A stretch of 52,942 nt of DNA from a virus (taxonomy: Duplodnaviria > Caudoviricetes). Shown here piece after piece: positions 18,914-28,548 of the stretch. The stretch is from the IMG/VR virus record IMGVR_UViG_3300033141_002397, positions 1 to 52,942 of that record, one strand, 5' to 3'. The notes below the pieces were generated by a model. It saw only the letters and a list, made by a program, of their open reading frames with translations. It did no database searches and was not told where the DNA came from. Position numbers and translations under genes: made by a program. Numbering within the stretch: position 1 is the first letter of the stretch; every line of letters begins with the position of its first letter.

Positions 18914-18987
18914 AACAAAAAAATGCTTTAATAGGCAACCCAGGTTGCGATTTTTTGAAACTACTTTTTTTCACTTTTTTTGACTTT

Positions 18988-19067
18988 AAAGTGAATTTTT
19001 TTCACTTTTAGATCAGTTAATTTCATTTTTGAATTTCTAGGATCATAAAGTGAAATAATTTCACTTT
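18988..19067. promoter_or_regulatory. Twin palindromic operators AAAGTGAA-N5-TTCACTTT
   Basis: Copies at 18988-19008 and 19047-19067; half-site at 18970. Confidence 0.6.
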
Positions 19068-19367
19068 GCAGTAAAATTATGTTATTGATCAATAAATATT
19101 TATCGGTTTTTAGTGTTTTTTTGGGTTAATTCAATCACAAAAAAATTCAGGAAAAACAGAAAAAAAATGATGTATAAATATAAGTACAATATATTTTTCT
19201 AATATGTTCCTGCACATGCCAAAAACCAGGAAAAAAAATAGAAAACTATATAATATTACTTAGTATTACTATTACAATGTCCAAGAAATTTTTTTATTTG
19301 TTTTGCAGATTCTACGAGTCTTAAAACTAATAGAAAAAACAGTTTTGGAAATAAAAAGGTAATTAAA

Positions 19368-20225
19368 ATGGAAAAAATGGAAAATAAAAAAAATATAGAA
19401 AAAATAGAAAGTGAGATTGAAGACAATCTCAGAAAAAACGAATACACCGTGAAAAAAATAGATGTTTTATGTAAATATGATTTTTACGGTGATTTAACTA
19501 AAACCGAAACAAAAGAAGTGACTTTTTGGGGTAAAGACTTCGATGGTAATTTTTTAGGTTATTTTGAGTCATGGAGTGGTTCTAATTGGACAATAACTAA
19601 AGTAATACTCGATACGTCTAAAACTAATGTCTGTAAGGTTGTCACTGATGAAAATACAAACAAAGGAAAAATAGAATCTGAAAATGTCGATTTTTCGAGT
19701 GTTGTTATGCGAAATACAAAAGAAGAATTAGATGCAATACTTGAAGAATTAGCAGATCATGTTTTTTGTGGATGTTTTCGTTTTGGTTACAACATAGAGT
19801 TTTTCTACGATCCAGAAGACGGTAAAATTAAATCTGGTATCTGGATGGGTAATAAAGGTTATTCTATGCGAGGAAATATTACAATAACACTTAAAACTAT
19901 GACTCAAAATTACGAGTCTTATATAATAGATTTTAATAACACGTTACAATATATAGACTTATCTCTGTTCGATGATGAAGAAAAAACCGATTTTTTCAAA
20001 CAATTAAGAGAATACAATAAAGAATTAACAGATAAATTCATTAAAGAAGAATATAATGACATAGACTTAAGTGAAATTGACAATAGACTTGTCTACGACA
20101 ATAATGCGCAAGAATTATATATATGTACTAATGAAATTGTAATTAATAGCTTTATAGAATGTTTTTCTGACTTAGATGAAGTTATTTATGCAATTGAAAC
20201 ATTTAAAAACAGGCTGGCGATTTAA
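19368..20225 (+). CDS. Hypothetical protein
   Basis: AGGT SD, 285 aa. Confidence 0.7.
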   Translation: MEKMENKKNIEKIESEIEDNLRKNEYTVKKIDVLCKYDFYGDLTKTETKEVTFWGKDFDGNFLGYFESWSGSNWTITKVILDTSKTNVCKVVTDENTNKGKIESENVDFSSVVMRNTKEELDAILEELADHVFCGCFRFGYNIEFFYDPEDGKIKSGIWMGNKGYSMRGNITITLKTMTQNYESYIIDFNNTLQYIDLSLFDDEEKTDFFKQLREYNKELTDKFIKEEYNDIDLSEIDNRLVYDNNAQELYICTNEIVINSFIECFSDLDEVIYAIETFKNRLAI

Positions 20226-20435
20226 ATGTATTATAATGTCGATGCAGTAGATTGTAAGTTTAATACAGTCGTTTTAACAAATATAGATGATGAAAACGAC
20301 AGTATAAAGATTTTAAATGTCGCAGTAGATAGCATAATGAATTTAAGCAGTGGAGAATTATTAGAATTTGCTAATCTTAACGAAATATTTGATTATTTTG
20401 AATCTGACGAATTTATTAAATTTGGTGGTAATTAA
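20226..20435 (+). CDS. Hypothetical acidic protein
   Basis: ORF track, packing. Confidence 0.6.
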   Translation: MYYNVDAVDCKFNTVVLTNIDDENDSIKILNVAVDSIMNLSSGELLEFANLNEIFDYFESDEFIKFGGN

Positions 20436-20436
20436 A

Positions 20437-20601
20437 ATGAGTATTAAATACTTAAGACAGCAAATATTAAAAATAAGAAATTTATATGATCCAATTTTGG
20501 ATAAAAAAATGTTAGAAAAATTGAAACAAAGTTTAGAAACAAAAAAAATAACAAAAGACGAATATGATTATTTATTTTTATTATTGCTAAATGAAAACTA
20601 A
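20437..20601 (+). CDS. Hypothetical protein (MSIKYLRQ...)
   Basis: GGTGGT SD before ATG 20437. Confidence 0.55.
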   Translation: MSIKYLRQQILKIRNLYDPILDKKMLEKLKQSLETKKITKDEYDYLFLLLLNEN

Positions 20602-20627
20602 AAAAAAATAAAAAAAAGGTAATAAAA

Positions 20628-21170
20628 ATGGATATAATAAAAGAAATTATAGTAAAAGAAAAAAATAATAAAAAAATTGTTGTTCGTATTTTTTATGACG
20701 ATAACCCTGAAAATCCACGCAGTTGGGATAATTTAGGCACAATTTGGGCGCCTAAATACTATTTTGGGTATGAAAATGAAGTTAAACCAGATTTAGAGAC
20801 ATTTAAAGGTGTTATATTACCTATTTTCGCATATGAACATGGAAATATAAAATTAAAGACTTCTTCTTTTTGCGATTCGTGGGATTCTGGACAAATTGGT
20901 TTTATTTTTGTTTCTGACGAAAAAATTAAAGAAGAAAACATAAACAAAGCAAAAGCAGAAGAAATATTAAAAAATGAAATAAAATATCTTAATAAATTTC
21001 TCAACAATGAAGTATATGCGTTTTCTGTAATTCTAATAGAAAAATGTTCTAAATGTGCACATGAATTTGAAACTGTTTTAAATTCGTGTTTTGGATTCTA
21101 TGAAGAAGAATATGCAGAAAAAGAAGGTTTAAATTACGTAAAATTAGAAATAGCACAGGAGGGAATATAA
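20628..21170 (+). CDS. Conserved phage/MGE hypothetical (NPRSWDNLG...YEHG...WDSGQIGF)
   Basis: Recognisable motif string, AGGT SD. Confidence 0.75.
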   Translation: MDIIKEIIVKEKNNKKIVVRIFYDDNPENPRSWDNLGTIWAPKYYFGYENEVKPDLETFKGVILPIFAYEHGNIKLKTSSFCDSWDSGQIGFIFVSDEKIKEENINKAKAEEILKNEIKYLNKFLNNEVYAFSVILIEKCSKCAHEFETVLNSCFGFYEEEYAEKEGLNYVKLEIAQEGI

Positions 21171-21623
21171 GTGATAAATGCGTTATTTTACGGTGATAAA
21201 AAACTACTTAAAACTCTTAATATTAAACGTAATGACAACTTAGTTTTCAGTTTAGATTCTATTGATGAAAATATGATTGAAAAAACATTAAAATCATTTA
21301 GAGTATTTAAAAAGTACTCAAAACATATTGCAAGATGTAACACTTTAGAAAAAACAAACAATAAAAACAAATATGCAATAACTCATGCTTTTGACTTATT
21401 CGAGTTAAATAGCGAATTTAAAATATTTATAAAAGCTGTAAATTTAACTGGAATTGAAAATTATGATTTAAATAGTGAGACTGTGCTTTTATACTGCGAT
21501 TTAATATCTGACAGTTATAGAAACGTTAAATATTCGTTTATTCTCTTAACTAACTTTGAAGATGGAGTTTTATATTGTTCAGAATTATTAAATAAATTTT
21601 CAAAAGGTAAAAGTTATATTTAA
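21171..21623 (+). CDS. Hypothetical protein
   Basis: GGAGG SD, GTG start. Confidence 0.6.
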   Translation: MINALFYGDKKLLKTLNIKRNDNLVFSLDSIDENMIEKTLKSFRVFKKYSKHIARCNTLEKTNNKNKYAITHAFDLFELNSEFKIFIKAVNLTGIENYDLNSETVLLYCDLISDSYRNVKYSFILLTNFEDGVLYCSELLNKFSKGKSYI

Positions 21624-21632
21624 GTGGTTAAA

Positions 21633-21791
21633 ATGAAAAATACAAATTGGACAGAGGAAGAATTTGAACAATTCAAAAATGGTGATCTAACTTGTCAAGC
21701 AGATAGACGTGGTTTAGAAGATAGAAAAGAAAAAAATGAAATTTGTGAAGGCTGTATATATATACATGATTGTGAAAAGTTTTATAAATAA
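21633..21791 (+). CDS. 52-aa Cys-containing microprotein
   Basis: MKNTNW...CEGC...DC; not in ORF track. Confidence 0.55.
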   Translation: MKNTNWTEEEFEQFKNGDLTCQADRRGLEDRKEKNEICEGCIYIHDCEKFYK

Positions 21792-21807
21792 AATAGAAGT
21801 GATATAA

Positions 21808-22197
21808 ATGAAAATTGAAGATTTTTTCAATGTTGAAAACATTAAAAATGAAATATTGAACATAATAGATCATATAAGTGATTATCAACACTGTTATGAC
21901 GAATTCAATAAATTATATCGTATTAGACTTAATGATATTGGTTCCGGTGCAGCTGGACAATTTCAAGTCTTAGAAATTGCAGAAAAAATAAGTATAACTT
22001 ATTCTGCGAACAAAACTATTGAAGAAAAAGAAGAATTATGGGATTTAATCGATAATTTCTTTTATGACGCATGTAGTTATCTTGAAGAAGAATTAAAACC
22101 TTCTTTACACGATAAAATAAAAAATTATCGGTTTTTTTGTGAAACTGCAGAATCTGACAATACGTATTGTCTTAATGTAATTCTTCAATTTTTTTAA
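21808..22197 (+). CDS. Hypothetical protein
   Basis: ORF track; oligo-T after stop. Confidence 0.65.
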   Translation: MKIEDFFNVENIKNEILNIIDHISDYQHCYDEFNKLYRIRLNDIGSGAAGQFQVLEIAEKISITYSANKTIEEKEELWDLIDNFFYDACSYLEEELKPSLHDKIKNYRFFCETAESDNTYCLNVILQFF

Positions 22198-22285
22198 TTT
22201 TTTTCCTGCAAGACTTGATCACTATTTAAAGTTTTCCGTAAAGTTTATATTCTACAAATGTTATATTATATATGAGGTGGATAAA

Positions 22286-22471
22286 ATGAAAATAAAAGAA
22301 AAAATAGAAAAATTTAAGAAGATCAATAATCAAGATCTTCTTAGACTTCAAAAAAGTCTACAATCACTTGTAGACTTAGACGAGTCATTTTTTGACTTGT
22401 CGATTGAAGAAGTCTTGAATCTCGCTGAGACTGAGATTTCAGTGAGAGTAGAGAATTTTTTAAGAAAATAA
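22286..22471 (+). CDS. Hypothetical protein
   Basis: GAGGTGG SD; TATA at ~22244. Confidence 0.6.
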   Translation: MKIKEKIEKFKKINNQDLLRLQKSLQSLVDLDESFFDLSIEEVLNLAETEISVRVENFLRK

Positions 22472-22574
22472 CTTATTTTTTTTCTTACCTGAATTTTTTT
22501 TCATGATCTGTTTTTAACATAAACATGTTAAGAAAAAACAATAAGCTTAAATAAATGTATTACTTAGACAAAAC

Positions 22575-23015
22575 ATGAAAAATATTTTCGAAGAATTGAA
22601 AAAAGAAAATTTAAAAAATTTTCTTAAACAAAATAGAAACATTTTATGTTTCATTAAAAAATCGAGATTTATTAAGCAGGATAATATTTATATTTATAAA
22701 TTTCGAGTTTTTCCAAGATTTAGGACACTCGTAATTCATGAAAAGGATTATGAAAAAATAAATGATGATCTAACAAACATTGATGTTAGATCATCAAAAT
22801 CTAACAAAAGCTTTATAATTAAAGCAGGAAATAAAGCTTTAGTTTATTTCTTAACCAATTATATACAGCTTATTTCTAAATGTAAGGCATTAGAGCATGT
22901 TTCAATGCCTTATGTGGGTTATGATTTATGTGCTATATCTATTGATGTTAAAGCATTTAAGCATAAGCACATTATGTTTAGCTTAAACGATTATTTTAAG
23001 TATAACAACACTTAA
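22575..23015 (+). CDS. Hypothetical protein, leaderless
   Basis: ACAATAAGCTTAAATAAATGTA promoter just upstream. Confidence 0.6.
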   Translation: MKNIFEELKKENLKNFLKQNRNILCFIKKSRFIKQDNIYIYKFRVFPRFRTLVIHEKDYEKINDDLTNIDVRSSKSNKSFIIKAGNKALVYFLTNYIQLISKCKALEHVSMPYVGYDLCAISIDVKAFKHKHIMFSLNDYFKYNNT

Positions 23016-23097
23016 TTTTTTTTATGTTTTATTTTTATACACAATCGTATTAAAATAAAACAATAAGCTTATATAAATGTAATGTCTTTTTTCTGTT

Positions 23098-23295
23098 ATG
23101 AACATCGAAATAGACAATTTCGATGCGCGTATTCTTTCAGAACGCGCGTCGAATATGCGACTTCGACAAATTGCAGATGATATATTATCATTCTGCGATG
23201 AACGAGAAATTGACACGGTTCACTGCCGTGTCAGCCAAGTAATTTCGGTCAATTCGTCAGAATTGACTGAATTGGAGAAAATTCTCCAGTTTTAA
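23098..23295 (+). CDS. Hypothetical protein, leaderless
   Basis: ACAATAAGCTTATATAAATGTA promoter upstream; oligo-T after stop. Confidence 0.6.
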   Translation: MNIEIDNFDARILSERASNMRLRQIADDILSFCDEREIDTVHCRVSQVISVNSSELTELEKILQF

Positions 23296-24487
23296 TTTTT
23301 TTTATACTCATTCTACCCTCTCACCAAACCCTTTTTTTTTTGCTTTGTTTTCTGCTTAGCTTAAGCTTTTTTCTATGTTATTCACTATTTCCTGTTTGTT
23401 GTCAGTGAGATAAACAATTAAAAGTGTGTGGATCATAGTGTAGTATAAATTTCTATGTCCTATAATCCTGAGTTATGCTTGCCGTTCCAATATCTATATT
23501 CAACCTGACATTCGCCATGACCTGCAGAAATTATAATTATTGTGTTTTGCGTGTGCGCTGTTTACATTTATTACAATATTAGTATTAGAGTATTCTCTCT
23601 CTATAGAAGAAGAATTAACATATTATTCTTCTTTAGTAAGAATAACTAACTCTAATAGTTTATAATTGTTGTAACTATGTTCTACACTAATATTAATTAT
23701 GTTTTAATTTTTATATTATTAGTACTATTACTAGTACTAGTAATAGTACTAATATAGTACTCTTATATTACATCATTACCTCAATTATAGTATAACATAT
23801 AGTACTAATAGCTACAGCGCTATACTATAGCTAATAATATATTATACTCGTTATATACGTAGACTAAGCTAATACAATACACCATTTTCAGGCATATTAT
23901 ATATTATATATACTATACTCTGCATTATATACTATACTAATTAGTATTAGTACTAAGCTTTATTATATGCGCTGCATAGTTATATTATATCTATATACTA
24001 CTTAATCCATCATGGTCATATTATATATCGTATCCTATTTGTATATACTTATATCTCTTAGCTATTATTATCAGCTAATACTCTATTAGCCAGCATTATA
24101 ATGCGTATTACTTATCCTACTACGTTTAAGAACCATATACCTATACATACTATATTCTCTCTGCGTATATACTCTTATCCTCAATCCTTACCTTAGTATC
24201 ATTATTATGTAACTATCTCTATCTCATTATTATAACTATTTAATCTCTATAACTCTATGTATAACAATAATATACTGTATAACTCTTTATAATCCATTAT
24301 TAGCTTATTATTCCTGCCATATCAACTCAATAGCTTATAACATCCACGATTCACGAGTATTAGCCTGGAAAAAGCATCGGTCACATTCACACTCTAACCA
24401 TACATCGGACACACTAACCAACGGCACAAGCCAAATAATAAAGAAAAGAAGAACGCGCAACGCCATAATTACTATAGCGGTTATAAT
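23296..24487. other. Non-coding low-complexity TA-step-rich convergence zone
   Basis: No ORF in the track; + block ends on the left and - block ends on the right; AGTACT x6; several small palindromes. Confidence 0.8.
23717..23754. repeat. 38-bp perfect palindrome TATTAGTACTATTACTAGT|ACTAGTAATAGTACTAATA
   Basis: 19 consecutive complementary pairs around 23735/23736. Confidence 0.95.
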
Positions 24488-24751
24488 CTAAGCCAACCGA
24501 TTAATTTCAAATTGCACGGCATTAGCCACCAATCGAATAACGTCCACGTCACTATTTTTAATAAGCGTATAGGGCACTGCAACATCAAATTCCACTGCGC
24601 GCCCACCAACCATAATTTGCACTATTAACTCACACACATTCGGGCCATGGTTTATTCTTATTACTTGGCCGGCGTTGCCCGTAGTATTGATGGCGTGTTT
24701 CACGGCCGATTTAAGTTGTTGTTCTACCAGGTTTATAATCATGCGGGTCAC
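24488..24751 (-). CDS. Hypothetical protein
   Basis: ORF track, ATGA overlap; higher GC than its neighbours. Confidence 0.6.
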   Translation of the reverse strand: MTRMIINLVEQQLKSAVKHAINTTGNAGQVIRINHGPNVCELIVQIMVGGRAVEFDVAVPYTLIKNSDVDVIRLVANAVQFEINRLA

Positions 24752-24957
24752 TTAGTGCAGCCCAGTTCGTGGGCAATGGCAGCCAGGTCTTCTTCGGGCA
24801 TATTAACATTAGCGTGTAGCATAATGCTTTTGAATATAATAAACATGTCTTCGGGCGGTATTGTTACGTTACTGCCGTCGCAGTTAATTACTACTATACC
24901 ATATTCGCTTGGGTATGCGTAGGTTTGGCTTTCTTCATTAAATCTTATATATGACAT
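24748..24957 (-). CDS. Hypothetical protein
   Basis: GTGATTAAAAATG start cassette. Confidence 0.6.
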   Translation of the reverse strand: MSYIRFNEESQTYAYPSEYGIVVINCDGSNVTIPPEDMFIIFKSIMLHANVNMPEEDLAAIAHELGCTK

Positions 24958-25015
24958 TTTTAATCACTTAATTTCTATTGTTAGTTTAGTAATCTAATTT
25001 ATTACATATAATCTA

Positions 25016-25294
25016 TTATTTTATTTGCCCATATTCTGTATTTATTGCTCTATAACATTCTTCACATAAGTATATTATTTCATTTCCATTCAGCAAATGA
25101 CTTGAAATATACTTTTCACATTGATAACATTTCTTCTCAGGAATGCTCTGAGTTTCATCTGCAAATCTTACATATCTATCTGCTTCTTTCTTGAAAAAAC
25201 TTATAATTTTATATATTTCCTTCCCTGATTTTTCTTTTATCAAATCCAAAACACTATTAATAACTGTTTCATTTTTTTCTTTATCTTCAATCAA
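25016..25294 (-). CDS. Zinc-finger-containing hypothetical
   Basis: CYQC...CEEC; GAGGTGA SD then TTG. Confidence 0.6.
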   Translation of the reverse strand: MIEDKEKNETVINSVLDLIKEKSGKEIYKIISFFKKEADRYVRFADETQSIPEKKCYQCEKYISSHLLNGNEIIYLCEECYRAINTEYGQIK

Positions 25295-25312
25295 GTCTTT
25301 CACCTCTTAAAA

Positions 25313-25636
25313 TCACGCAAACTCAAGCACTATCTCATCTTTTCTTTCACGAACATGTCTAAATCTTGCAAATAACTTTATTAAAACTAAAATAATTTTG
25401 ATATGTTCTTCCTCAACATACATCATGCTTGTTAATGATTCGTTCCAATACCGTTCTATTTTACCATTAAAATAAAATCTTGTTGTTAGTTCTTCCCATT
25501 TAATTACAACAAAATCTTTATTCTCATAGCTATTTAAGTCTCTTATATCATCAAAATCAGTTACTAATGAACTATAATCATTTTTTATTTCTATTTCATG
25601 ATAATATTTCATTTGTTTGATTTTTACTTTTAACAT
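25313..25636 (-). CDS. Hypothetical protein
   Basis: AGGT SD. Confidence 0.65.
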   Translation of the reverse strand: MLKVKIKQMKYYHEIEIKNDYSSLVTDFDDIRDLNSYENKDFVVIKWEELTTRFYFNGKIERYWNESLTSMMYVEEEHIKIILVLIKLFARFRHVRERKDEIVLEFA

Positions 25637-25663
25637 TTCATTTACCTTTAAATTCTATTTTTA

Positions 25664-26128
25664 TTATGAAAATCCACTATTGTTCATTTCTGCATCGAAT
25701 TTATCCTTATTCTTATAAATATGAGCATGATACAAATTAAGTATGTGAACTTCAAAACCTTTACTAATTAGCAATTGATATAGTTTGTTTAACCTAATTG
25801 TGAATTCTTCGAAATTGTCATTTGAAAAATCCAATAATATTATACTATTAAACTGAAATTCCAATAAATATTTTCTATGTTCAGCCGGTGAACTACCCAC
25901 ACCTAAAGGAATGGGCTTCTCGGCAACATTAGTTAAGACAAATATTTTAGCTTCATCATTTATTTTAAAATCTAATTCACTTAATATCAATTTAAAATGT
26001 TCAACACGGCGACTTATAAGTTTTTTTTCTTCATCCCAACTTAAACATTGTTTTTGACATTTTATTGCTTCTTCTTCTACTCTATACAATCTTTTACATA
26101 TTTCACATTCAAATGCTTCAGTTTTCAT
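25664..26128 (-). CDS. Hypothetical protein with N-terminal CxxC finger
   Basis: MKTEAFECEICK; GTGATTAAAATG cassette. Confidence 0.65.
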   Translation of the reverse strand: MKTEAFECEICKRLYRVEEEAIKCQKQCLSWDEEKKLISRRVEHFKLILSELDFKINDEAKIFVLTNVAEKPIPLGVGSSPAEHRKYLLEFQFNSIILLDFSNDNFEEFTIRLNKLYQLLISKGFEVHILNLYHAHIYKNKDKFDAEMNNSGFS

Positions 26129-26197
26129 TTTAATCACATTTAAATGGACCAATGCAAAGATCACACGGGTTTTTTGTGCCTATATCAATTTTCATTT

Positions 26198-26437
26198 TTA
26201 ATCACTCTTTAGATCATATGTACGAACAACAAGTTTGCACTTTTCACCTGGTCCGTGATCACTGCTATCAAACTCGTTATCTTCAATCAAGTCTTTTGCG
26301 TCGTCTATAGGCACGAAATTACATCCATCAGTCCACACACCACACGTATAACACGGATGACCTTCAAGCCGAGCATCTTTTGTCTTTAAAGAAATCTCTC
26401 TTATCTTACACAACTTACAAACTTCATGTTGCATCAT
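26198..26437 (-). CDS. Cys-rich hypothetical
   Basis: CKLC, CYTC; GGTGA SD. Confidence 0.6.
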   Translation of the reverse strand: MMQHEVCKLCKIREISLKTKDARLEGHPCYTCGVWTDGCNFVPIDDAKDLIEDNEFDSSDHGPGEKCKLVVRTYDLKSD

Positions 26438-26446
26438 TAATCACCT

Positions 26447-26587
26447 TTAATCTAAGTTAAAAATATCATATATTACATCACCTAGGATACATCCAAATAA
26501 AATACCTGTTCCTATATCAAGATTATTGTGTATAATAAAAATTGCACTTAAAATCAAAACAACAATTCTATGTAATATCCACAACAT
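26447..26587 (-). CDS. 46-aa membrane microprotein
   Basis: MLWILHRIVVLILSAIFII...; not in ORF track. Confidence 0.5.
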   Translation of the reverse strand: MLWILHRIVVLILSAIFIIHNNLDIGTGILFGCILGDVIYDIFNLD

Positions 26588-26588
26588 T

Positions 26589-26741
26589 TTAATCATCTAT
26601 AGTTTCATTCCAAATACTGCTAATATTTATTGATACATCATTTATTAATACATTTCTAAGACATTTAATACAATTATCTGAATTATCTTTATATGTACAA
26701 TTTTTTTCTAAACATTCTATTTCAAATAAAAATTTTGTCAT
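26589..26741 (-). CDS. 50-aa Cys microprotein
   Basis: MTKFLFEIEC...C...CIKC; not in ORF track. Confidence 0.5.
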   Translation of the reverse strand: MTKFLFEIECLEKNCTYKDNSDNCIKCLRNVLINDVSINISSIWNETIDD

Positions 26742-26747
26742 TTCATT

Positions 26748-27032
26748 TCACCATTCGATTAATTTTCTTTTATCAAGTTCAAATTTATCACAATCATCAT
26801 ATAAAAATCTATGCATTATATTGCAATCTAATTCTTCAATTCTAACGTTTTCTTTAGCTTTACTTAATTTAATACAATATTGACATTGTTTAAGACCAAT
26901 TTCAAGTAGTGTTTTTATCCTGTCTATCGTGTCGAAATCTGTGGATTCATATGATTCATTAATTAGCTTGTCTCTTAATGTGGATATCATTTTATAAATT
27001 TGTATAATCAAATGTTTATTAATTTCATCCAT
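26748..27032 (-). CDS. Hypothetical Cys-containing protein
   Basis: GGTGATTAAAATG cassette; CQYC. Confidence 0.6.
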   Translation of the reverse strand: MDEINKHLIIQIYKMISTLRDKLINESYESTDFDTIDRIKTLLEIGLKQCQYCIKLSKAKENVRIEELDCNIMHRFLYDDCDKFELDKRKLIEW

Positions 27033-27461
27033 TTTAATCACCTTTTATTATTTTCTAATAGTTTAAGTATATATTGTATTTCTAAGTCTATTTGAATAAT
27101 ATTAATAAGTTCTAAATAATATTTTAAATTAGTGCCAGTTAAATTATAATTACTTATCTTTAACATTAAAAACGTTATACTTTCAATCTTTAAATATGTT
27201 ACTATATAGTTTTTATAAATTAGTTTAATTATTAGTTTTTGTTTTAATTATATATAGTTTTGGTAAATATTATTGAAAATTATTAATGTTTATTAAATGG
27301 TGTAGCTTAAGTGATAGTAAATATGTTAAGTTGAGTGAGGTATATTGTTTAAGGTTAAGGTGTGTGTTTAAATACGTTATGAAAAATATATTTGATGGTG
27401 TTAAACATTAGTCTATATGCGCTAAAACATAACATAAAAAAATAGTTTGGTTAAGCTTAAC

Positions 27462-27713
27462 TTAACAGCCGTATTCAAAATACCAATTTGAAGTGCCTAT
27501 ATTAATATTATAATGTATGTTCATGTTATTTTTAATATCTATGTTATCACGTGTTATGACTTTTAGTTCAGGTATAGGTTGCAGTTCTAAAATAGTTGCA
27601 GTAGCGTTCTTTTTCGGGTTTGGTAATATGTCTTGAATATTACTATACTTATATTCTTCTGAAACACCCTTATAACCTAAATCGTATTTAATATACCACC
27701 AGCATTTTTTCAT
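27462..27713 (-). CDS. Hypothetical protein
   Basis: ORF track. Confidence 0.55.
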   Translation of the reverse strand: MKKCWWYIKYDLGYKGVSEEYKYSNIQDILPNPKKNATATILELQPIPELKVITRDNIDIKNNMNIHYNINIGTSNWYFEYGC

Positions 27714-27718
27714 TTACA

Positions 27719-27901
27719 TCACTTAAGTTTATAATGATAATGCGCAAATATACCTAATCGCCATACAGTTAATGTAAATTGACATTCTATCTTGCGTGGT
27801 TTACCTAAACAGATTCTAAAATCAAATAAACCACTTGAAATGGTATTTATTCCTATATTTAATTTATGGTTAAATTTATTTATTTTCAGTTCTATTCTCA
27901 T
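27719..27901 (-). CDS. Hypothetical protein
   Basis: ORF track. Confidence 0.5.
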   Translation of the reverse strand: MRIELKINKFNHKLNIGINTISSGLFDFRICLGKPRKIECQFTLTVWRLGIFAHYHYKLK

Positions 27902-28184
27902 ATTCTACACCATCTAAATTTTCAGTTACAAATTCTTTATTTGGAATATAATGGTTATGCCCACTATTAATACACTGTGTTCGCCTTGCATCATCACATA
28001 CCTTGAAATCAATACAAGTCTCACAGCTTATCATTTCAGGCGGGCAATGTAATATCCATCTGCTAATTAGTTCATCATATTCGATAATTAACCCTGTAAG
28101 TTTCTTCTTAAGGCGTTCTTTATTAAATTGCATTAATAACTTTTCAGGATATTTTTTAAATATTAGTTTCATGTGATGCCTCAT
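27876..28184 (-). CDS. Hypothetical Cys-containing protein
   Basis: CETC..C..C; ORF track. Confidence 0.55.
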   Translation of the reverse strand: MRHHMKLIFKKYPEKLLMQFNKERLKKKLTGLIIEYDELISRWILHCPPEMISCETCIDFKVCDDARRTQCINSGHNHYIPNKEFVTENLDGVEYENRTENK

Positions 28185-28196
28185 ATATTATTATTT

Positions 28197-28544
28197 TTAT
28201 CCCCATTGATTAGCCATGGCTTCGGCAATTCCTTTAAAAGTTTTACTTCTTATTTTAGTTCTTTCTTTTTTTGGAAATTTTGGATGAGGTCTACGTTGCA
28301 TGATTGGTAAATGTTTATCGTTAGGATGATAAAACCATTTGTTACCAGTAACAGTTAAATAAGTGCATGGCGGGTGTGCTATCATCATATCCCAGCCGTC
28401 ATTAAGAATTTCAAAAACATCACCCTTAATGTGGTTTCCTTTAATTTCAGTTTCTAAAATGTCACAACTCCATACATCATGACCTTTTCTTTTAAATGCT
28501 TCCCTTACAATACCAGAAAATTCACATGCCACTAATATTCGCAT
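28197..28544 (-). pseudogene. Phage C5-methyltransferase-like protein with apparent in-frame internal deletion
   Basis: LVACEFSG, HPPCTYL and terminal RSKTFKGIAEAMANQWG present, central ENP-containing region absent; only 115 aa. Confidence 0.55.
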
Positions 28545-28548
28545 TCTA

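Noticed and set aside
23296-24487. CRISPR mini-array or tRNA in the large non-coding zone
   Set aside because: No equal-length repeats with spacers and no cloverleaf or T-loop motif seen
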